From Phoronis australis (Eukaryota; Animalia; Phoronida): DNA of 64,000 nucleotides. Below, piece by piece: positions 25,416 to 37,400 of the stretch. The first letter of the stretch is position 1. The number at the start of each line of letters is the position of its first letter. Location: positions 1 to 64,000 of the forward strand of contig NMRA01000064.1 of the NCBI GenBank assembly GCA_002633005.1, in the 5' to 3' direction. The notes beneath the pieces are model-generated. The model was not told the DNA's origin. It saw only the letters and a program-made list of their open reading frames with translations, and ran no database searches. The position numbers and the translations under genes were made by a program.

Positions 25416-28400
25416 TCATTCACTCAGAGAAGACATTTCGCTTAAGTATCCCGATTCCATAAGTTTGTTAGAGCATTTTTTGTTGTCCAGTTGTTCAATG
25501 TAGTGTTGCACTTTCTCCACGGCCCGCTCTTGTCCGATATTCCTCAACATTGTGGCTAGCGTCTGCAAAGCATCCATTTGACTCTTATCTTCTTTTCGCA
25601 TTTGCAATGTGAAGAGAACAAGCAAGGTATGTGTTTTCGAGTTAGCCATTGTTGTACTTTCAGTGTCTTTAAGGAACCTTGCCTTGTCCGGGCTGATATG
25701 TAGTTCGTTTGCGAAAGCCATATAGTCTTTTCCAGGACGAACCGGCTCTAAAAACTTAATAAGATCATGCCACAGGTCATAGGTAATATATCCAGCTTGT
25801 TTTGTATTTTTTTCACCTAGCATGTAGTTGTAAAAATCATCTTCATCTGGGTAGTGTTGCACCTGAAAAGACCATATAAATACATGACATTAGTGTTAGC
25901 AGAGTTTTCAATATCAGAATCTACCGATGTTCTGAAAGTTGTGTAAGTCTAAAGATCGCCTAGTTTTTGTGAATGTGACATTTTTAGTTTGGTTTCGTCT
26001 TTAATTAAAATCGAAGCTTGGAATTTTCTGCTGTCATCAGCGTTTTTATACTTCTGGAAAACAAGTTGAATGTCCAATTTAATGTCCGCGGCAAATTTAT
26101 GATCTCAGCTGCTCGTTATCTTTCTGAGGAATGGAAATTGTCATTATCAGGACAACTTGAAAGGTGTGGTTTTCATCAATGGCGTCCCAGTTTGTAACAA
26201 ACCACGGGGACAATATGTGACAATTTTGCGGCTAAAAATACACCGAGAATGGAATATGTTGATTTTTTTGTGGTTGAAGTTGAAAAAACAATTGGGACTT
26301 GTATCTTGACAATTGCGCACATGTAAAAGGAGTAAGAGGTGTTCTGGGGAACTCTTTTGAAAAATAAGTATGTTTTGACATTCCAGTGATTTAAAGCTTT
26401 GGTATTCGTGCAAAACATTTGCTGTCTTCTCTTATTTAACACACAATATGGCTGGCTATTGAAATTCCATTTCATTAAAATTCTCCACAAAAATAAATAT
26501 TAAGAACATTTTAGTCTAACGAAAGCAGGTATGGTAGTATCAGTTAGAGACAGCTTCACCATACATTTCTATGACCGCTTGTGGTAAGTTTCAACTTATT
26601 TTGCAAAAAAATGCCAAAACGGTTATTTTTCAATTTTTTAAAGGCTAATTATCTCTTTGCAAATATTTTTTTTGCAAAATTGCGGAGGTAAAAACACAAA
26701 CCGATCTTTCAGCCTTCGATCCATTTTAAGTGATGTTTTCATTAATGTTCAGGTCTAGTTAGCTAATTAATGAGATTTTCTAACTTTTCATAAGTATACC
26801 TTCAATATCACCACATGGCCTAATGGAAAGGGAAAATGTGTGTAGCCTTCCAAGGCTAGTTTGTGAAACATGACGCTAAGCATGAGATTACATTGTCATA
26901 AAATTATGTCCGTTATAAAGCATTATACAGAAAGTTGATGTTATCAGTACGTGAAAGATACAGATACCAAACGATCGTGTAAAAATAGGACCAATAACAA
27001 TAATAACAATGCCTTCATCCACAGCTCTCATTACCTTATGTATTGCTGACGGGGGCGGAAATGTTGCCAGAATAGTTGTCGGTTCACCTCCTGTTTGCTG
27101 AAATGTGATGTCACAAGATGGATCGTCGTCATCGAACCTCAGTCTAAAATCATAGGCTGCTGTTCCCCCTTTGAAAACGCTGTCTAGTTGAATGTCACCC
27201 TGAAAAAAGTGTGCACATGAGAAAATGTGTACAGTTGTCCAGCTTGGCCTTCCACTAATTTGTGTCTCATTTGAGATTGAGCAATCTACATATCCAGTGT
27301 CATATTATCAATGAGAATAACTCAACTACAACTAAGGTGCCTACGCAAAATAGGCACACCCGTGCAGTAGCTACTATGTCTCTCATAAATTGTTTCAAGT
27401 GGGTGAAAGTGGTGGCAAAAGGGGAGGCACAGCTAAAATCATCAGCCCCCCTGGCTGTTTACAGCATGAGGGCGTGAAGAACCCTTACTCTGTCACCACA
27501 AATAGTTCTGGCAATTGTTAATCATGTAAACATAGGCATGTCAAATGACAACCATCATTAAGCCTTGTACCAACATAGGCATTTTAAATGATAAGGGGAG
27601 CTGCCATTTCTGGTTATTCTACCTCACAATCAGAACACAACACAATGCATACAACACAAACTGGATAGTAACATTATGTGCCAGGATTTTTGAAGCTATT
27701 TCTATTAATATAAATGATTTCGGGTGGTGACATCAGCTGCTATGAATGTAAGGCAATGTGGCCCATGGGTACATGCGCGTGCGTAATAATTTACAGGTGG
27801 TCGACCATATGACTAGGATTACTGTAGTCTTACGGATAGACATTAACCCTGAATTTTTAAAATCTTTACTAATTATAAATATCTTCACATTCGGCTATAC
27901 AAAGATGTCTGAATTTCTGTTCCCCTAATCTCACGCTGTTCGCTTTCCTGGCTGAGTGGCAATGTATTGTTTATACTCTGGTTATGCATTATTTAGTTGA
28001 ATGCAATACTTGTCCTGTCTATTAACCCTATTTGGTTGCATGTAATACTTGTCCCGGTTATTAACCCTATTTGATCATTTGGCAACACTATCACAGAATT
28101 TTTTGTAAACCTCCAATTTTTTAGTTTCTGGTTTTAAACAAATGCGATACTTATTCCTCCCCAAGGCTCGCAATAGTACGCATGTGATCTTGTATAACTT
28201 GTCATTCAGTGTCAAATTTTCAACTTTTGAATTTATAGTAATGTTCTAAACTTGATCCAGGCCAAAGGTCAAATTACTGAACTCAAGATTCGACTCAGTT
28301 TCAGGTACAGAACTTATTAACCAATCATTCTACTCGATTGGAGTACAACTTTGTAAGTTTACTCGCTATGTGCTCTGCAATTGGTAATTTTTAGCCTGCA

Positions 28401-31400
28401 AATGAGGAGTGAGTAGAATGAGACCTATGGATAAATGCTTCAATTTTCGACAGAAATTATGGTGAAAATTGCCACATTTCTACTTTTCAGACACTAACTA
28501 CATTGTTTCAAAATTTAATGCGCAAAATTTTACCAAATGTTGTTTGCTAATAATTACGCCATACAAATCATGCTAACAGCAAAGTTTCCTTAAAATTTAT
28601 TTTCGTTGAGAAACTCACCTTTCCGCTATAATGTGACCCAAACTGAAGAATTTTTACTTTTTTATGAGGATAAGTGGTCTGAATCATAAGTTAAATTTTA
28701 CTGAAGATGCTGATTTCTCGCCCCTTTAAACTTACCGTTTTTATTGGTTCTTTTTGATATGCCAGACTGCACTTCATTTTTCTATCCTTTTTACTAACCA
28801 TGTGGCTTCGAGGTCTTGCTGCTAGTCTGTGGTCAGCGTGGTCAAGTTTCATCTGGTGAATGTAGAAGTAAATAAAAACATCAAAAGCAAATGCCAGATC
28901 AAACTCTGTATCGTTGCTGTCTCCAGTGTCCGGTTCACTGAGAATCTTGAGGAATGAATGTCGTTCTGTGTGCTTTTGAATTTCAGTTTAGTTCTCATTA
29001 CTACGGTGCTTTTGCATGGTCTTTTGGATATTAAAAAGACGTTATTGGTGGCAATGTTGCGTTTTTGAAATAGCCCCTAGGTGCAGTCAAACCCACAAGC
29101 ACAGTGGTTGTAGTCAATGCTTTGATAGTAAGGACTATAAATCCAGTGTTCCCAACCATCTGTCTTGAATCGTGACTGCGCCAAATTTGAATTTTGTTGT
29201 GACAAGTTTGGCTTACTTGCCTCGAATTTGAAAACTTATGCAACGAGTTTGAAGTTTTATTAGAAGATTAGTCATTTCTTAGCAAATTAAGGGCTATTTG
29301 GATTTTGGTAGGAGTTCAGTGTGCATTAATTTTATTCCAAGACCTAACACACAAACTCTGCAAAGTATGGACACGTTAATGAATTTTGTATTTTCAGTCA
29401 AGTTTGAATTTTCTGTTGTGGAGAACACTGAAGTCAATACAGCCAGTTGGCAGGGACTATAAACACAACAAAGTTGGAAGGAAGTCTTTGAAATATAAAA
29501 AATAGTTTTGATATATATTTTTGTTCAAAATTGTTGAGATTTTGACCAGTGACACAGGCAAGGCCAGTTCTAGAACTCTGTTCACCTTTAGTTTATAAAC
29601 TAATTTAATTTGTTACGACTTGGAAGCTTATAAGAGAGTTCAGATTGAGATTTCAGAAAAGACTAAAATTGTAACTACAGTAGAAATAGGGCTGTGAGTT
29701 TATCAAGGAGATACTTTACCTCTGATCTTAGAGGAGTGACACAGCACGTCAGTTTTACTTTGTTGGCTGCAAAGTGATCTGCACAGACAAATAAATCCAC
29801 TACAATACTGAAATCTTCACTCATATCCACACTTTCTGGACTGTCTTGTGGTCTGCATTTTTTTGGTCTTGCACCTGTATGGTCTTTCTCCTTAACATCA
29901 TCCATTGATAGGTCCTCCATTTTTTTGCTCACTTTTCCCATTGCTAGATTCGCATCATTTAAATTTTCAGTAGCTTCAGTTTTACTGTCTGCCGTTGCCC
30001 CGGGTTCATCGTCACCCACTGCATACGTTCCTCTGATACCCGTAAAGTGCATCAACAGTACTCTCAAAGCATTGCTGTCAACAAAGGACGCAGAACCATC
30101 TTCTCCATTGATGGATTTCCATGGTGAACTGAGTTGTTGAATCTCGGCCTGTATGGCGTCTGAGTTTGTAGCTCCGTGTTGTATACTCAGCACTACAGGA
30201 CTGTTAAATTCAATACCGTCTGGACCTAACTTTATTGTTGGAGTTATATGTCGTCCTCTCAACGTGGTCCTAGTTTCTAGAACTCGCATGAAGAGACGTT
30301 TTTGGTCATTTAGAGCACCTGGGGGTACAAACAGGAACACACCCTGCTGCTTCAGTTCTAGAAAGCCTCCTTCACGATCAAACAGGGCCGATGTCTCTAG
30401 TGCAGGTTGATTTGGAGGGGTGAGATCTAGGAAATTCTTTGGTGTTTGTTCAGTGCTTTCGTCACACAAAGGAATACCTGGAAGAAAAGTCGTTGTAACG
30501 TGTCATTATCGTAGGATATCTACCAAATACCTGGATACCTATATTATATAATTTAAGAATATTTTGTAAACTTTCTTGACTTAGAACAGGTTGAAAAATG
30601 CACCATTGTCCCCTGTGGTCGGTTGCATAAAACAGTTCCCTAGCTTTTCAGCACATTTGTAGACTAACACTAATTGTCTTTTCTATTTTACCTTTGACTT
30701 TGACTCATACCAACAATAAACAATAAGTTGTATTTTAATATTATTGAAATGAGAGCCCAGTTTTGAAATATATTATCAGAAAATGTGAAAATATATTAAG
30801 TAAATAGGAACTCTCAATGAAGCTAAAGCAGTGTTCCTCATCACGTGTTTTAACTTGTCACCGCGTCAAATCTAATTTTGTCATAACGAGTGTGGCTTGC
30901 TTGCATCGAGTTTAAAACCTATGCACTGAGTTTGAAGTATTAGGAGATTACTCATTTCTTTAGCAAATTAGGACATTTTGGACATTTGGTATCAGTTTGC
31001 TGCATTTATTCCGAGACTTAACACACAAACTTCCAGCAGTATGGACATAATAGACTTTTGTATACGTTCATGAATGTCATTATTCCAGTCAAGTTTTAAA
31101 TTTCTATTGTGGAGAATACTGTAAAGTGACTGCAGAGTGTAAAATTAATATCATTAGTGAGTAAATAAAGTCCAAAGGGTTTTATGGACCCAGCCATGGT
31201 GTTTTGAAGGAGGGTTGTCTCATTTGCCTGTATATGGGACCAAGCATGGTTTTGTGAAGGTGGGTTGTCTTGTGTGCCTGTATGGAACCAATCGTGGTGT
31301 TTTGAAGGAGGGTTGTCTCATTTGCCTGTATATGGGACCAAGCATGGTTTTGTGAAGGTGGGTTGTCTTGTGTGCCTGTATGGAACCAATCGTGGTGTTT

Positions 31401-34400
31401 TGAAGGAGGGTTGTCTCATTTGCCTAAATTTTGCTGTGTAATGTGACATTTTTAACTTTGTGTTTTGGTGATAGATAACTCCTTTTATTATCACAGCCTG
31501 ATTTAATTAGCTAGGAACTCGAAATTCTCTCGTTGAAAACAACGCAACGTGAAAATGCATTCGTTCATGATAGTCACTTGTCAGCTCTTTTAGCGAGGTG
31601 AACAGTTTTTGTGAAATGGAGGGAAATAAATATCCTTTCATTAGGCTACCTTTTGAATTAATTGCCCATTCTGCTGACTTTGATTCTGCACAACAATGTA
31701 TTATGTTCAGTGAGACAGATGGCTTGTTGAAAGATGTGCACAATTTATTTCCAAGTTTGAAGAGTTAAACTTAAGCTTAAAATTTGAAATGATCCTGGAA
31801 ATAGCTTAAATGAGAAAAATACAATGCTTTAGAAGCAAATTAATTTCTTTGTTTGGACAGTTGGTTGCAGTTCTCATTTTAACTGTGACTGTTTACCACA
31901 CAGCAACCTACTTGCGGGGGTTACTATTTTACATTCACAGGACGACAAAAACGTCGTCCGTGAAAAGAGTATAGAACTGCAATCCATCCCTTTGATGGGT
32001 CTGGCACTCTGTTTTTATTCTTGAAATGTATGCCTTCAAAAGTTCTGTTCACTGGCAACTGCTGGTGTTGAGTGTCTCATCTGACATGTGACCTAATAGA
32101 TTACCCACTGTGAAGATAATGGGCATTTGTTTTTTATAAGCGTAGGAATTATATTACGTAAATTTACTGACTATGCAGTGGTTGACTTGCCTTTTACTGT
32201 AAGCTGCTTCAACTGTTTTTTGAGTGTATCGCTTTTACCGATTGTGGAATTCCCGGCAACACTGTTATAACCGCTGTCCTGAGAGAAAACGCTCATTTCA
32301 GAGTTGGCAGAATTCAGTTTTCCAATGCCCAGTTTGTGCTGTTCTATTGGTGGTAGTAGTTTGGGAAGTGTCCTGAAAGGTGATATCACTTCGGTATCTG
32401 GAAGTTGACTGCTTTGCCAGGTTTTGTATTTGATTCTGTTGCTGTCTGGATCACCATGTTGCTGATCATTTGTTGATCTTCCATTGTCACTGTCATGTAC
32501 ACTGGCCTTTGTTGATCTTCCATTGTCACTGTCATGTACACTGGACTTTGCCTCCTTTGGAGTAGTACCTTTGGAATGGCTGGTATTTTCAGTTTCTACA
32601 GAATCTAACTCATCCATTTCTTTTGCTTGCTCTGCTCGGAGCTCTGATTGGTTAGTTGCCCTTGTGACATTGCCTTTCTCCTCAGAAGTGTCTTGGTAGC
32701 CATGGTTGTCATAGTGACCTGTTTCAGGGTTACCTGGAGTTGTGGCTTCTGAATAGTTCTGAACTCTTCCCTGTAAACAAAATGAACAGATGTGAGTAAA
32801 TGCATTTGTTTTGTGGAATATTTGTAATACAAACATCATTGTCCACTGAGAGACTACATCACTTCTATTGAAGAAATGTTTTATTGCTGGTGCTGTTAAT
32901 GAAGTTTTTGTAAAAGTACTATTCACCTGATGAGTTGCCCAAATAAGCCAATTTTAGCTATCCTGTCCGCAAACTTTCAGCGATCCCATTGGTCAACAGA
33001 TGTGGTGTAGTATTCTTTTTTTTGCTTTTCTCTCTACAAATGTTTTGGCAACATGGTTATGAGACCTGAGAGTGACATTTCATTAAGAAAATATTTGCGT
33101 TGTCGCCAAAAATGGCAGATTGGATATCTATAATTTAGTCTCGAAGTTGTTCACCAGAGGGGGCTTGTGCAAGTTGAAGGACTTTCAATATGAGAAGCCT
33201 GTTGCAAGCATGGTTTCTAGTCCAGCAATGGACTCTGGTGTAGATGTTCAATACACTTAGTCAGATTTTTTACCATAAAGCCACAAGTTGATTTGTATGC
33301 ATATTTCAACATTTCAAATTGTTTCTCATTCTTCTCATTTTCTATAATTTTTCTGAGACTTATTGCTGCTGATATTCATTGCACGTTGTTTCATTTTTAC
33401 ATAACCTTTGTGAAGTGTGAAAAATGAGCGCACAGTTGAATTGTAACCGAAACAAAATGTCCTGTTACAGTGTCATGTGATAAGTCTAACGGAATTGGCA
33501 TGGAGAACACAGATTCTATCCCCTCATTAGTCATCTGGGATACATAACAAATTAAGCCAGTTCATATCTTACAAAATGCTTTTCACTGATTTAAATGCAC
33601 CGCTTGACCTCCTCCTTGGTTGTCCAATCAAGAATCAGATGTCAGGGATCTACATCAGACTCAAATTCTAATAGAGTATGGGTTTGAGACTAATCCAGGC
33701 ACTGCAATATAGGCCAGACAGCCACACAACCCTTACAGAACCTCTGCCAGTTTTCTGTGTGTGAATAAGATCAACTTCTTGTCTGCGGTAGTAATACCCA
33801 GGGAACTTGGGTCACGGAAATGGGATTGTCCACAGGCCTTCATGCAGCTTATGTCCTGGATGCCCTAGCACTATTATGGACGCCCTGGCAAGGATCCCAA
33901 TGTATTGTTTGGACCTCCACTGTCAATCAATCTTTTAAGTTTGGACACACACATTGTAATGATTACTGGGAAGCCTAGGCACATAGCTGAAGGGAGAAGT
34001 GAGCTCACAGTGGCAGCTCTTTTTCAAGAAGAAACATACAATGTATATACAAAGTACCAGTACGGTAAAGTCGCGTGATTTTCGGACGGCCCGCCATTTT
34101 CGACCACGAATAAATATTTCCGAAATGAGTTTTTCATGGTCCACAAAATTCGTACAAGGTCCAAAAACTGTTTTTCAATGATCCTCGAATTTGGGACAAT
34201 GTCATAAACGTCGGATTTTTGTCCCGCGACTTTCGGACAAGGAAAATTTTAGAAACGCTAATTTAGGATCGACGCAACTCCCGTGTCACTAAAGCGTTCA
34301 ACGGATGATTACTACTCGATAAGGCTTGAATCTGAGAATTGGGGTAACGGGCTTTGTAATTTTTACCTTGTCTTGACGATGTCATGACCGTTACTCGATT

Positions 34401-37400
34401 GTCTTGCGTTTAGCTTGAGTTTGGCGCTTTAGCTATGAAAAAAGTCACCGAGTCTCGCATGACGAAAATTTCTGATGAAAATACAAATGGGAAATACACG
34501 GAAGGCTGCAGTTTTTCGTTGTAGCGTAACATGTGCTCTGGTTTAATTAGACCGTGTTGTTCAACTTCCGACTGTGACATTGAACTTGCACGCCTCAACT
34601 TGCGTGTTTACGAAGCGTTTTTATTTTTAAAACGTCCTGGCCTTTGCAAATGCCCTTGTTAGTGGCTAAAATCTCCCGACGACGTGTCTGGATTTTATTC
34701 TTGACGTGATGAGAAATATTTTTTGTTTAGGCCCCCATACACAATAGGTCACAGCTAAGTATGTCCGTAGGATATCGCGCGTTCAAAGTAGTGTAGATAG
34801 TGAACAGCAGCAGCCGAATGAGACGGAGCCAAAGTAAAACTGGTTAAAAATCAAACATAGCGCAAGGCCCAGCACTCAGAAAGGGGCGCGGCGCACACGC
34901 AATTGTTACAGAGACATTGCATCCCTGTCCTATGTTGTGTAAGTGCCGGTGTGCTATAACACATATCAAAAACTAATGTACATCCACGTAACCACGTTTC
35001 ACTACCCTTACAAATTGTCTGTTGCTCTCTGATAAGCATCGCAGATGCAAGAATCTCGCTAAAGAAGATAGTGTGATCGTGTGCTTCGTTTGCAATGCCT
35101 CACCATACGTCTCGACGTCTTAAGTCTAGCGTGTTCGTGAGATTCTCACCCTTGCGCCCCCGATCGCAGACTAGGGTAGAGTTCAGTAGCTGTCTTGGGA
35201 AATACAAAAATCTAGCCAAAATCACGCTTTCAATTAAAAAACACAATACATCACGTAATTTCATGAATTCGTGCTTTTTAGCGAAGTTCTAGCGTTACGA
35301 GCTTAACCCCAGATGTAAACCTAAAAAGATTTAACTTGCGGCGACCCAATTTTGCTTGCTCATCCACTGGTCTGTGTACTTGTGGTCTTGTTAATTCACA
35401 TCCTAGCTGTACCGTCTGAGGTACAACACCCTGAACTCCATGGTGTCCCGAGATTAAGATGAATCCCGACAAGGACACCGGGACCCTGTGGCACTCTCTG
35501 TCTGCGGCGACTAAGAAAATCCTCCACCAATCATTTCGAAAAATGACAAGTCAGTTGAATCAGATTTGGTAGTCGTTGCTTCTTGTGGTCCTAGGGGTAG
35601 GCTAACAAGAATACAGGACCTGGAGTCCGATGCAACGGGCCTGGAACCTGATAGGTGTTTCCGACCGGAGTTCCATATCTACTTTCCACAGGACCTTGTC
35701 TTCATGTCTATGTTACCGCCTTCAGTTGATAGTTTTGAGACAAAAAAGAAACGTGATCTTAAACTACAGACCATGTTTTTTGTATTACTTAATATAGTTT
35801 TAGAGGCATTTCAGCTGTAAGTGTGTTTAATTGTGTTGACTGTTACATTGCTAATTATTATTGTTCTATTTTTACCCGAGGTGATGCCTTACTTGCAGCA
35901 AGGGTAAATAATTTTGGGAAGTATTACTAGCGATTTCCGTATATAAGTTGGGGAAACCAAACGTCTTATGTAAAAATACACCAGGGCCTATACTCAGCAA
36001 TGCCGAATACACGAACACAGTATAAATACTGTAGCTCACCCTAATTATATCCTAGTGGGAATAGCATTATTTTTAGATTTCAAGCATGCATTTTTATTCT
36101 CAGATATGCATCCCAGGTATATTTTAGGGAAAAATTTAAGATACGCAAATTGGCCATATATTCTCCTGGACTTATATACGGAAATCTACGGTGGATCTTC
36201 TTAAACCTGTCAACCATGAAAATTTCATTGAGACAGTTTTGTTCTACTAACATGTTCAACTAACATTCCGTTCATGCAAGTCGGTCAGTACGTTCGCATT
36301 TAAGGCGTTATTGCAACAGGTAAGTGTTGTTTTGATTTTTGTTTGGTGTTTCCATATTTTATTTTGTTATGTATTCCTGTCTTCAGATAGTCACTGTTAT
36401 TCTTCAACAACATTTCTGTACTTATAATGAGACTTCAGTAAACTCGCGACTGTTCATACTTTAAATGTTAGCAGAAGTGTGTAATGTCCATCAGCAGAGA
36501 CCTGTGGGAAGAACTATTTTCCGTAACTGTAGCAAATATATGACGAAATGAAATGAAAACGGTCGACATAGATGAATTGTAATTGGTTAAATATACATTA
36601 AGAAAGAAAATTAAGTATATAAATAGTAGAATGGTACTTGAATTGCCTGGTTTACGTCCTTCATGAGTTCACCTGTCCCAAATTGAGTGCTTTCGTTTTT
36701 CTTTTCAGGTCGTCACTAGTCGATTCTTCTAACAGTCGTGATCTGCCCAGTATCCTATTGTATCAACGTGCGCAACAACGGTCTTGGCAGGGGGTTGCAC
36801 CTAGTAGACTCCCTTAGAATTAGTGGCGCAAAATCGACATTGGTGTGCAACAGGAGGCCGAGGGAGGGGGGGGGGGGTGGCGGCGTAAATTAGTAGTGAC
36901 TGACGGAGACTGAGCTGCGCGAAATTGGTGACGACCGTGGACGGCGCTAAACTGGTGACGACCAGAAGAAACGGCCCTGTTATCTTCCACGCAGATTACC
37001 AGAAAATGTTAACGATTATCAGTTTCATTTCATCCACAAAAAGATTTCACAAGTCAGAGTTTTCACTGTGGTTAAAAACGTAAGCGAACCCAGATGTGTT
37101 AGGTCACCTCAGTTGCATGAAGACGCGCCAGTGTATCACTGAGTTAACATCGGGCGTTTCAAAGGCTGTGGATGAGAAAGGTTTTAATTGTAAAAAAAAA
37201 CGGTTGGGTGAATTTGATGTTGGTAGCATTTGAAATTGCATTTGCTTTCTAGACAACGCCCTTATATATACAATATGTTAGTTAATCGTGTCTTCAGCCG
37301 CGCAGCACTGTACTAGTCGACGCATTCCCATCGTTTGCCGCAGTAGGCCTAAACATGTAGAACGACAGCGCTTCTTCAACAATTCAGACGACTACCAGGA

